A stretch of 64,000 nt of DNA. It comes from Haliotis cracherodii (Eukaryota). The DNA lies in assembly GCF_022045235.1 (NCBI RefSeq), contig NW_027266319.1:35774001-35838000 (forward strand). Direction: 5' to 3'. Shown piece after piece: positions 1 to 12,300 of this stretch. The stretch's first letter is position 1; the number at the start of each line of letters is the position of its first letter. The notes beneath the pieces are model-generated. The model saw only the letters and a list, made by a program, of their open reading frames with translations. It did no database searches and was not told where the DNA came from. The position numbers and the translations under genes were made by a program.

Positions 1-2190
1 ATTAAATCAACAAACAACCAGAAATGCTGCGCAACCAAACCAACAACAAAGCAAACAAAAAGAGAAACAACCAACTAATTAAGCGAACCAAGCAACCAAC
101 AGACAAAAAGTCAACTAAAAAACAAAAAGCAAATTATCAATGAGGAAAACAACACAAACCAAACGAACACATCTATAAACAACAAAATCAGCAAACAACT
201 AGTAACTAAGACTAACAATACGAACTAACAAAACACAACCATTCAACTTAAAAACAAAAACAAAATATAGTAAAAAAAAACGAAAAAAGCAAACAAAACA
301 TCAAAAGAATTTGTACAACAAAAAGCAAGAACGAAAAAACAAGAAAACAAACAAGGAATGAACCCAGAAAGGAAAATAACTAACAAGTAACCAAGAAACC
401 AAACAAACCAAACAAAGAAACAATCTAAGAAACATTCAAACAACTAACAAAACAAACAATTAACAAAGCAGCACCAACAAAGCGAACGAATGAAGAAGCA
501 AACAAACAAACTGAAAAATAAACAAATAAAAAACTACAACCAACAGAATAAAACAATAGAAACAAGGTATATACAACCGTTAAAATGATACACACAAAAC
601 AAGAAAAAGATAACAATGGCTTCAAAACACCAAAGAATCATACAAGAAACAAACAAATAATCAATAAAAAAGCCAAACAAACAAACCGACATGCACAAAA
701 ACCCAAAGAAAAACCCTTCAAGCAAAGAAACCAGAACACAAAGAAAACAAAAACTATTCATCAAAACAACAACAACAAAAGGCAAATGAATGAACAAGCA
801 AACAAACAAGAAAACAAAATGAAAAAAGAGCTGCAACATAAACAGTTTTACAGAAACAAAGGAAATCCAACCAATCACATACAAAACCAAAAAGAATAAA
901 ATATGAAAACAATGCAAACTAAATGAACAACCAAAGAAACCATGACCCAAATAGACAAGAAAGAAAACCCTAACAAACAAACAAAAGTAAAATTCACCAA
1001 ACAAAGAAGGAAAACAACCAATAAACAACCAAATAAAATACAAACAGTCAGCAACATCAACAAAAAGAAACAGCAAGAAATATGCAAACAAAAGGAACAA
1101 CCAAAGAAACCACCCAAAATATGAACAAACAACGAAACAGCTAAAAACCTTATCAAGTAAATAAACACAACATGCACAGCAAAAGAAACCACTAGTAAAG
1201 CAAACAAGACAACCAACAACCAAAGCAAACAACTAAACAATGACAAAACCCAGACGAACATCAATAATAATTACAAACAAACAAAAGGTACTCAACCATT
1301 AAAACAACAAACAAAAACATCACAAGAATAAAGAAACGAGTCGACCAATAAAAAAACTAAATAAATAAACGAAGAAATAAATAAACAATGAAAACTACCT
1401 ACGACTTAACAAAGAAACAAAATTAAGAAAAAACAAAGGAACTTAACAAACAAACAAACACACAAACAATAAAACAAGAAATAAGACACAAAGCAACCAA
1501 ATAAGCGTCAAGCCAAGAACTGACTGAAGACATACAAAAGAATGATAAAGAACTAAACAATTGAAATAAACATAAACAACCAAATTGACACTTATATGTA
1601 AAAAAACTAACGAAACAAATTACAAGAAAAATACTATAGAAAAAACAACAACAAAACAAACAAACACATGCAAAGAAACAAACAAAAGAACGACGAAAAC
1701 AAACACACACACAAAGCACAGAAAATGGAAAAAAAACAAGTAGAGAACTAATATAATAAACAAACAGAGGAAATAACGATTCAAACAATGCAATACATAA
1801 TCAACCAAACAAACAGATACAACAAATTAAACAAAGAATAAAAACATCTAAAAGAATCAAACACATACGCAAAGAGAGAAAAGAAAGAAAATCAATGAAA
1901 CGAAACAGAAAATAGCCAACCAACTAAAAGAAGAAACAACTGATCCAATAACGAATCAAATTAAAAAAACGAACATGAAGGAAGGAAGAATCCGAAAATG
2001 GGAATAATGTCCGGAAAAATAATGAGAGAGGTTGGAGAAGTACATGTAGGGTATGTAGAGGGGGAAGTAGAAGAAAAAAATAAACAAGCAACAAAAGAAC
2101 AAAACAAATAGATAAACAACAAACAAACAAGCAAAAGAACAATTCAAATGAACAACCAAAGACAGAACAACAACCAGAACAACCAAACAA
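1..2190. repeat. A/C-rich low-complexity tract (degenerate AAAC/AAC/ACAA simple repeat)
   Basis: The plus strand is dominated by A with interspersed C (e.g. aaacaaacaa, aaccaaac). G and T are scarce and there is no fixed period. The F/L/V/C-rich minus-strand ORFs are compositional artefacts. Confidence 0.9.
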
Positions 2191-5100
2191 GGAAGATGGA
2201 GAGGGAAGTTAGAAGGGTAGAGGGATAGATAAGTAGGAGCATTGAGGGTGAACTACGGAAGATGGAGGGAGAAGGATGGATGATTGAGAGGGAAGTAGGG
2301 AGAGTGAAGAGGGAAGTAGGGAGCATGGAGAGGGAATCGAAGTAGGGAGGGAGTAGGGAGCATGGAGGGGGAACTGCTGAGGATGGAGGAGGAGTATGGA
2401 GTATGGGGAGGGAAGTATAGGGAATGGAATGGTAAGTGAGATGATGGAAAGGGAAGAAGGGAGTATGGAAGATGGAGAAGGAAGTAGGAAGGGTGGAGAG
2501 ATAAGTAGGAGCATGGAGAGTGAACTACGGAAGAGTGAGGGAGAAGTATGGAAGATGGAGAGTGAAGCAGGGAGAGGGAAGAGGGAAGTAGGGAGCATGG
2601 AGAGGGAACTATGGAGGGAGTAGGAAGCATGGAGGGGGAAGTGAAGGAAGTCGGGAGCATGGAGGGGTAACTACAGAGGATGGAGGAGGAGTATGGAGTA
2701 TGGAGAGGGAAGTATAGGGGATGGAAAGGTAAGTGAGATGGTGGAAAGGGAAGAAGGGAGTACGGAGTGGCAACTACGGAGGATGGAGGGAGAAGTATAG
2801 AGTATGGAGAGGGAAGTATAGGGGATGGAGGGTGAAGTACAGATGATGGAAAGGGATGTAGGGAGGTTGGAGAGGGAAGAAGGGAGTACTGAGTGGCAAC
2901 AACGGAGGATGGAGGGAGAAGTATGGAGTATGGAGGGGGCAGTATAGGTGATGGAAAGGGAAGCACGGAGTGGAACTACGGAGGATGGAGGGAGAAGTAA
3001 GGGGGATGGAGAGGGCAGTAGAGAGGGTGGAAAGGGAAGAAGGGAGTATTGAGTGGGAACTAATGAAGATGGAGGAAGAACGGAGGACGGAGGGAGAAGT
3101 ATGGAGGGTAGAGACGGAAGTATAGAGGATGGAGAGGGAAGTAATGAAGCTGGAGGGTGAAGTATAGAGGATGGAAAGGGAACTTCAAGTATGGAGGGTG
3201 GAGGGGGAAGTAGGGAGTATGGAGGGGGAATTACGGATGATGAAGGAAGAAGTATGGAGGATGGAGAGGAAAGTAGGGAGGGTGGAGGTGGAAGTAGGGA
3301 GCATGGAGGGGTAAATACGGGGGATGGAGGGGGAAGTAGGGAGGGTCGAGAGGGAAGTAGGGAGCATGGAATGGGTACTACGGAGGATGGAGAAAGAACT
3401 ATGGAAGATGGAGAGGGAAGTTGGAAGGGTGGAGAGGGAAGTAGGGAGCATGGAGAGGGAAGTATAGAGGGAGTAGGGAGCATGGAGGGGGAACTGGGAA
3501 GGATGGAGGAGGAGTATGGAGTATGGAGAGGGACGTATAGGAGATGGAGAGGTAAGTGAGATTGTGGAAAGGGAAGAAGGGAGTATGGAGGATGGAGGGA
3601 GAAGTATGGAGTATGGAGAGGGAAGTATAGGGAATGGAAAGGGAATTAGGGAGGGTTGAGAGGGAAGAAGGGAGTATGGAGGGGGGGGGTATGGAGGGAG
3701 TAGGGAGCATGGAGGGGGAACTGCAGAGGATGGAGAGGGAAGTAGGGAGGGTGGAAAAGGAAGTAGGCTGCCTGGAGGGGGACATACGAAAGATGAAGGA
3801 AAAGTAGGGAGGATTGAGAGGGAAGCAGGGAGAGTGAAAAGGGAAGTAGGGAGGATGGAGGGGGAACTACGGAGGATGGAGAGGAAAGTAGGGAGGGTGG
3901 AAAAGGAAGTAGGCTGCCTGGAGGGGGACATACGAAAGATTGAGGAAAAGTAGGGAGGATGGAGAGGGAAATAGGGAGTATGGAGGGGGAACTGAAGAGG
4001 ATGGAGGGAGAAGTAGGGAGGATGGAGAGGGAAGTTGGGCGGGTGGAGATGGAAGTAGGAAGTATGAAGTGAGAACTACGGAGGATTGAGGGAGAAGTAT
4101 AGAGGATGGAGACGGAAGAAGGGAGGGTGGAGGGGGAAGTAGGGAGCATGGAGGGGGAAGTTGGGAGGGTGGAGAGGGAAGCAGGAAGTATGGAGGGAGA
4201 AGTATGGAGGATGGAGAGGGAAGTAGGGAGGGTGGAGGTGGAAGTAGGGAGCATGGATGGGGAACTTCGGAGGATGGATGGGGAAGTATAGAGGATAGGA
4301 AGGGAAGTGGGGAGGACGAGGGGGTAAGTAGAGAGTATGGAGGGGATGTACGGAGGATGGAGGGAGAAGTATGGAGGGTAGAGAGGGAAGTATAGAGGAT
4401 GGAGAGGAAGTAATGAGGCTGGAGGGTGAAGTATAGAGGATGGAAAGGGAAGTTGGGAGTGTGGAGTGGGAAGCAGGGAGTATGGAGGGGGAACTGCGGT
4501 GGATTGAGGGAGAAGTATGGAGGATGGAGAGGGAAGTAGGGAGGGTGGAGGAGAAAGTAGGGAGCATGGAGGGGGAAATACGGGGGATGGAGGGGGAAGT
4601 AGGGAGCCTGGAGGGGGACATACCAAAGATAGAGGGAGAAGTATGGAGAATGGAGAGGAAAGCAGGGAGGGTGAAAAGGGAAGTAGGGGGCTTGAAGAGG
4701 GAACTATGGACGGAGGGAGAAGTATGGAGGATGGAGGGTGGAGGATAGAGGATAGAGAGGGAAATAGTGAGGGTGAAGAGGGAAGTAGAAAGCATGGAGA
4801 GGGAACTGCGGAGGAAGTAGGGATCATGGAGAGGGGATTACAGAGGTTAGAGGAGGAGTATGGAGAGGGAAGTATAGGGGATGGAAAGGTAAGTAGGGGG
4901 TGGAGAGGGAAGAAGGGAGTATGGAGTGGCAACTACGGAGGATGGAGGGAGAAGTATGGAGTTTGGAGAGGGAAGTATATGGGATGGAAAGGGAGCTCTC
5001 TCGAGGATGGAAGGGGAAGTATTGACGACTGATGGTGAAGTATAGAGGGTGGAAAGGGACGTAGGGAGAAGGGAGGGGGAATTGAAGTGGATGGATGGAG

Positions 5101-8100
5101 AGATTTTGTGGATGGAGAGGGAAGTATGGAGTATGGAGGGGTAACTACGGAGGGTGAAGGGGGAAGTATAGAGGATGGAAAGGGAAGTAGGGAGGATGGA
5201 GGGGAAGAACGGAGGACGGAGGGAGAAGTATGGAGGGTAGAGAAGGAGGTATAGAGGATGGAGAGGGAAGTAGTGAGGCTGGAGGGTGAAGTATAGAGGA
5301 TTGAAAGGGAACTTCAAGTATGGAGGGTGGAGGGGGAAGTAGGGAGTATGGAGGGGGAATTACGGATGATGAAGGAAGAAGTATGGAGGATGGAGAGGGA
5401 AGTAGGGAGGGTGGAGGGGGAAGTAGGGAGCATGGATAGTGAAGTTGGGAGGGTGGCGAGGGAAGCAGGGAGTATGGAGAGGGATCTGCGGAGTATTGAG
5501 GGAGAAGTAGGGAGGATGGAGAGGAAAGTAGGTAGGGTGGAGGTGGAAGTAGGGAGCATGGAGGGGTAAATACGGGGGATGGAGGGGGAAGTAGGGAGGG
5601 TCGACAGGGAAGTAGGGAGCATGGAATGGGAACTACGGAGGATGGAGAAAGAACTATGGAAGATGGAGAGGGAAGTTGGAAGGGTGGAGAGGGAAGTAGG
5701 GAGCAAGGAGAGGGATGTATGGAGGGAGTAGGGAGCATGGAGGGGGAACTGGGAAGGATGGAGGAGGAGTATGGAGTATGGAGAGGGAAGTATAGGAGAT
5801 GGAGAAGTAAGTGAGATTGTGGAAAGGGAAGAAGGGAGTATGTAGTGGCAACTACGGAAGATGGAGGGAGAAGTATGGAGTATGGAGAGGGAAGTATAGG
5901 GGATGGAAAGGGAAGTAGGGAGATTGGAGAGGGAAGAAGGGAGTATGGAGGGAGTAGGGAGCATGGACGGGGAACTGCAGAGGATGGAGAGGGAAGTAGG
6001 GAGGGTGGAAAAGGAAGTAGGCTGCCTGGAGGGGGACATACGAAAGATTGAGGAAAAGTAGGGAGGATGGAGAGGGGAATAGGGAGGATGGAGAGGGAAG
6101 CAGGGAGAGTGAAAAGGTAAGTAGGGAGCATGGAGGGGGAACTACGGAGGATGGAGAGGGAAGTAGGGAGGGTGGAAAAGGAAGTAGGCTGCCTGGAGGG
6201 GGACATACGAAAGATTGAGGAAAAGTAGGGAGGATGGAGAGGGAAATAGGGAGTATGGAGGGGGATTGCGGAGTATGGAGGGAGAAGTATGGAGGATGGA
6301 GAGGGAAGTAGGGAGCATGGAGGGGTAACTACGGAGGATGGAGAGGGAAGTAGGGAGCATGGATGGGGAACTTCGGAGGATGGAAGGGGCAGTATAGAGG
6401 ATAGGAAGGGAAGTGGGGAGGACGAGGGGGTAAGTAGAGAGTATGGATGGGATGTACGGAGGATGGAGGGAGAAGTATGGAGGGTAGAGAGGGAAGTATA
6501 GAGGATGGAGAGGAAGTAATGAGGCTGGAGGGTGAAGTATAGAGGATGGAAAGGGAAGTTGGGAGGGTGGAGTCGGAAGCAGGGAGTATGGAGGGGGAAC
6601 TGCGGTGGATTGAGGGAGAAGTATGGAGGATGGAGAGGGAAGTAGGGAGGGTGGAGGAGAAAGTAGGGAGCATGGAGGGGGAAGTTGTGAGGGTGGAGGG
6701 GAAAGTAGGGAGCATGGAGGGGGAACTGCAGAGGATGGAGAGGGAAGTAGGGAGGGTGGAGAGGAAAGCAGGGAGGGTGAAGAGGGAAGTAGGGGACTTG
6801 AAGAAGGAACTATGGTCGGAGGGAGAAGTATGGAGGATGGAGGGTGGAGTATAGAGGATGGAAAGGGAAGTAGGGATTGTGGAGAGGGAAGTAGGGAGTA
6901 TGGAGGGGGAAGTACGGAGGATGGAGGGAGAAGTATAGAGGATAGAGAGGAAAGTAGGGAGGGTGGAGGTGGAAGTAGGGAGCATGGAGGGGTAAATACG
7001 GGAAGTAGGGAGGGTCGAGAGGGAAGTAGGGAGCATGGAATGGGAACTACGGAGGATGGAGGGAGAAGTATGGAGGATAGAGAGGGAAGTATAGAGGAAG
7101 GAGAGGGAAGTAGGGAACATGGAGAGGGAAGTATGGAGGGAGTAGGGAGTATGGAGGGGGAACTGGGAAGGATGGAGGAGGAGTATGGAGTATGGAGAGG
7201 GACGTATAGGAGATGGAGAGGTAAGTGAGATTGTGGAAAGGGAAGAAGGGAGTATGGAGTGGCAACTACGGAGGATGGAGGAGGAGTATGGAGTATGGAG
7301 AGGGAAGTATAGGAGATGGAAAGGTAATTGAGATTCTGGAAAGGGAAGAAGGGAGTATGGATTGGCAACTACGGAGGATGGAGGGAGAAGTATGGAGTAT
7401 GGAGAGGGAATGGAAAGGGAAGTAGGGAACATGGAGACGGAAGTAGGGAGTATAAAGGGGGAATTACGGGGGATTATAGAGGATGGAAAGGGATGTAGGG
7501 AGGGTGGAAAGGGAAGTAGGGAGCATGGAGAGGGAACTACGGACTGTGGGGAGGGAAGGTGGGAGCCTGGAGGGGGACATACGAAAGATAGAGGGAGAAG
7601 TAGGGAGGATGGAGAGGGAAGGAGGGAGGGTGAAAAGGGAAGTAGGGAGGATGGAGGGGGAACTACTGAGGATGGAGAGGAAAGTAGGGAGGGTGAAAAA
7701 GGAAGTAGGCTGCCTGGAGGGGGACATACGAAAGATTGAGGAAAAGTAGGGAGGATGGAGAGGGAAATAGGGAGTATGGAGGGGGAACTGAGGAGGATGG
7801 AGGGAGAAGTATGGAGGATGGAGAGGGAAGTTGGGCGGGTGGAGATGGAAGTAGGAAGTATGAAGTGAGAACTACGGAGGATTGAGGGAGAAGTATGGAG
7901 GATGGAGAGGGAAGTAGGGAGGGTGGAGGGGGAAGTAGGGAACATGGAGACGGAAGTAGGGAGTATAAAGGGGGAATTACGGGGGATTATAGAGGATGGA
8001 AAGGGATGTAGGGAGGGTGGAAAGGGAAGTAGGGAGCATGGAGAGGGAACTACGGACTGTGGGGAGGGAAGGTGGGAGCCTGGAGGGGGACATACGAAAG

Positions 8101-9013
8101 ATAGAGGGAGAAGTATGGAGGATGGAAAGGGAAGGCTGGAGGGTGAAGAGGGAAGTAGGGGACTTGAAGAAGGAACTATGGTCGGAGGGAGAAGTATGGA
8201 GGATGGAGGGTGGAGTATAGAGGATGGAAAGGGAAGTAGGGAGTATGGAGGGTGAACTACGGAGGATGAAGGGAGAAGTATGGACGATGGAGAGGAAAGT
8301 AGGGAGTATGGAGGGGGAACTTCGGAGGATGGAGGGAGAAGTATAGAGGATAGAAAGGGAAGTGGGGAGGATGGAGGGGTAAGTAGAGAGTATGGAGGGG
8401 AAGTACGGAGGATGGAGGGAGAAGTATGGAGGATAGAGAGGGAAGTATAGAGGAAGGAGAGGGAAGTAGTGAGGGTGGATGTCGAAGTAAAGAGGATGGA
8501 AAGGGAAGTATGGAGGGTGGAGGGAGAAGTAGGGAGTATGGAGGGGGACATACCAAAGATAGATGGAGAAGTATTGAGAATGGAGAGGGAAGCAGGGAGG
8601 GTGAAAAGAGAAATAGGGGGCTTGAAGAGGGAACTATGGACGGAGGGAGGAGTATGGAGGATGGAGGCTGGAGTATAGAGGATGGAAGGGAAGTAGGAAG
8701 GGTGGAGAGGGAAGTAGGGAGTATGGAGGGGTAAGTACGGAGGATGGAGGGAGAAGTATAGAGGATAGAGAGGGAATTTGTGAGGGTGAAAAGGGCAGTA
8801 GGAAGCATGGAGAGGGAACTATGGAGGGAGTAGGAAGCATGGAGGGGGAACTGCGGAGGAAGTAGGGAGCATGGAGTGGGGACTACAGAGGTTGGAGGAG
8901 GAGTATGGAGAGGGAAGTATAGAGGGTGGAAAGGGAAGTAGGGAGTAGGGAGGGGGAATTGAGGTGGATGGAGGGAGAGATTTTGAGGATGGAGAGGGAA
9001 GTAGGGAGTAGAG
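2191..9013. repeat. Polypurine complex satellite, ~21-bp unit (GGAGAGGGAAGTAGGGAGGAT-like), block 1
   Basis: Hundreds of variants of ggag(a/g)gggaagtagggag(c/g/t)at and ggagggggaactacggaggat. The plus strand is overwhelmingly G+A. Confidence 0.95.
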
Positions 9014-9355
9014 TAAAAGAAACAAACACATACGCAAAGAGAGAAAAGAAAGAAAATCAATGAAACGAAACAGAAAATAGCCAACCAACTAAAAGAAGAA
9101 ACATCTGATCCAATAACGAATCAAATTAAAAAAACGAACATGAAGGAAGGAAGAATCCGAAAATGGGAATAATGTCCGGAAAAATAATGAGAGAGGTTGG
9201 AGAAGTACATGTAGGGTATGTAGAGGGGGAAGTAGAAGAAAAAAATAAACAAGCAACAAAAGAACAAAACAAATAGATAAACAACAAACAAACAAGCAAA
9301 AGAACAATTCAAATGAACAACCAAAGACAGAACAACAACCAGAACAACCAAACAA
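9014..9355. repeat. Second copy of the A/C-rich segment 1849-2190 (junction of the 7.2-kb duplication)
   Basis: Near-identical to 1849-2190 at offset 7165 (e.g. ORFs 1924/9089 and 1956/9121). Confidence 0.95.
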
Positions 9356-12300
9356 GGAAGATGGAGAGGGAAGTTAGAAGGGTAGAGGGATAGATAAGTA
9401 GGAGCATTGAGGGTGAACTACGGAAGATGGAGGGAGAAGGATGGATGATTGAGAGGGAAGTAGGGAGAGTGAAGAGGGAAGTAGGGAGCATGGAGAGGGA
9501 ATCGAAGTAGGGAGGGAGTAGGGAGCATGGAGGGGGAACTGCTGAGGATGGAGGAGGAGTATGGAGTATGGGGAGGGAAGTATAGGGAATGGAATGGTAA
9601 GTGAGATGATGGAAAGGGAAGAAGGGAGTATGGAAGATGGAGAAGGAAGTAGGAAGGGTGGAGAGATAAGTAGGAGCATGGAGAGTGAACTACGGAAGAG
9701 TGAGGGAGAAGTATGGAAGATGGAGAGTGAAGCAGGGAGAGGGAAGAGGGAAGTAGGGAGCATGGAGAGGGAACTATGGAGGGAGTAGGAAGCATGGAGG
9801 GGGAAGTGAAGGAAGTCGGGAGCATGGAGGGGGAACTACAGAGGATGGAGGAGGAGTATGGAGTATGGAGAGGGAAGTATAGGGGATGGAAAGGTAAGTG
9901 AGATGGTGGAAAGGGAAGAAGGGAGTATGGAGTGGCAACTACGGAGGATGGAGGGAGAAGTATAGAGTATGGAGAGGGAAGTATAGGGGATGGAGGGTGA
10001 AGTATAGATGATGGAAAGGGATGTAGGGAGGTTGGAGAGGGAAGAAGGGAGTACTGAGTGGCAACAACGGAGGATGGAGGGAGAAGTATGGAGGGGGAGT
10101 ATAGGTGATGGAAAGGGAAGTAGGGAGGGTGGAGAGGGAAGTAGAGAGCACGGAGTGGAACTACGGAGGACGGAGGGAGAAGTAAGGGGGATGGAGAGGG
10201 CAGTAGAGAGGGTGGAAAGGGAAGAAGGGAGTATTGAGTGGGAACTAATGAAGATGGAGGAAGAACGGAGGACGGAGGGAGAAGTATGGAGGGTAGAGAC
10301 GGAAGTATAGAGGATGGAGAGGGAAGTAATGAAGCTGGAGGGTGAAGTATAGAGGATGGAAAGGGAACTTCAAGTATGGAGGGTGGAGGGGGAAGTAGGG
10401 AGTATGGAGGGGGAATTACGGATGATGAAGGAAGAAGTATGGAGGATGGAGAGGGAAGTAGGGAAGGTGGAGGTGGAAGTAGGGAGCATGGATAGTGAAG
10501 TTGGGAGGGTGGCGAGGGAAGTAGGGAGTATGGAGAGGGATCTGCGGAGTATTGAGGGAGAAGTATGGAGGATGGAGAGGAAAGTAGGGAGGGTGGAGGT
10601 GGAAGTAGGGAGCATGGAGGGGTAAATACGGGGGATGGAGGGGGAAGTAGGGAGGGTCGAGAGGGAAGTAGGGAGCATGGAATGGGAACTACGGAGGATG
10701 GAGAAAGAACTATGGAAGATGGAGAGGGAAGTTGGAAGGGTGGAGAGGGAAGTAGGGAGCATGGAGAGGGAAGTATGGAGGGAGTAGGGAGCATGGAGGG
10801 GGAACTGGGAAGGATGGAGGAGGAGTATGGAGTATGGAGAGGGACGTATAGGAGATGGAGAGGTAAGTGAGATTGTGGAAAGGGAAGAAAGGAGTATGGA
10901 GGATGGAGGGAGAAGTATGGAGTATGGAGAGGGAAGTATAGGGAATGGAAAGGGAATTAGGGAGGGTTGAGAGGGAAGAAGGGAGTATGGAGGGGGGAGT
11001 ATGGAGGGAGTAGGGAGCATGGAGGGGGAACTGCAGAGGATGGAGAGGGAAGTAGGGAGGGTGGAAAAGGAAGTAGGCTGCCTGGAGGGGGACATACGAA
11101 AGATGAAGGAAAAGTAGGGAGGATGGAGAGGGAAGCAGGGAGAGTGAAAAGGGAAGTAGGGAGGATGGAGGGGGAACTACGGAGGATGGAGAGGGAAGTA
11201 GGGATGGTGGAAAAGGAAGTAGGCTGCCTGGAGGGGGACATACGAAAGATTGAGGAAAAGTAGGGAGGATGGAGAGGGAAATAGGGAGTATGGAGGGGGA
11301 ACTGAAGAGGATGGAGGGAGAAGTAGGGAGGATGGAGAGGGAAGTTGGGCGGGTGGAGATGGAAGTAGGAAGTATGAAGTGAGAACTACGGAGGATTGAG
11401 GGAGAAGTATAGAGGATGGAGACGGAAGTAGGGAGGGTGGAGGGGGAAGTAGGGAGCATGGAGGGGGAAGTTGGGAGGGTGGAGAGGGAAGCAGGAAGTA
11501 TGGAGGGAGAAGTATGGAGGATGGAGAGGGAAGTAGGGAGGGTGGAGGTGGAAGTAGGGAGCATGGATGGGGAACTTCGGAGGATGGATGGGGAAGTATA
11601 GAGGATAGGAAGGGAAGTGGGGAGGACGAGGGGGTAAGTAGAGAGTATGGAGGGGAAGTACGGAGGATGGAGGGAGAAGTATGGAGGGTAGAGAAGGAAG
11701 TATAGAGGATGGAGAGGAAGTAATAAGGCTGGAGGGTGTAGTATAGAGGATGGAAAGGGAAGTTGGGAGGGTGGAGTGGGAAGCAGGGAGTATGGAGGGG
11801 GAACTGCGGTGTATTGAGGGAGAAGTATGGAGGATGGAGAGGGAAGTAGGGATGGGTGGAGGAGAAAGTAGGGAGCATGGAGGGGGAAATACGGGGGATG
11901 GAGGGGGAAGTAGGGAGCCTGGAGGGGGACATACCAAAGATAGAGGGAGAAGTATGGAGAATGGAGAGGAAAGCAGGGAGGGTGAAAAGGGAAGTAGGGG
12001 GCTTGAAGAGGGAACTATGGACGGAGGGAGAAGTATGGAGGATGGAAGGTGGAGGATAGAGGATAGAGAGGGAAATAGTGAGGGTGAAGAGGGAAGTAGA
12101 AAGCATGGAGAGGGAACTGCGGAGGAAGTAGGGATCATGGAGAGGGGATTACAGAGGTTAGAGGAGGAGTATGGAGAGGGAAGTATAGGGGATGGAAAGG
12201 GAAGTAGGGGGTGGAGAGGGAAGAAGGGAGTATGGAGTGGCAACTACGGAGGATGGAGGGAGAAGTATGGAGTTTGGAGAGGGAAGTATATGGGATGGAA

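Noticed and set aside
243-2190. Hydrophobic F/L/V/C-rich ORFs resembling membrane proteins, and K/N/Q-rich plus-strand ORFs
   Set aside because: They are translations of A/C low-complexity DNA, overlap in multiple frames and show no gene structure.
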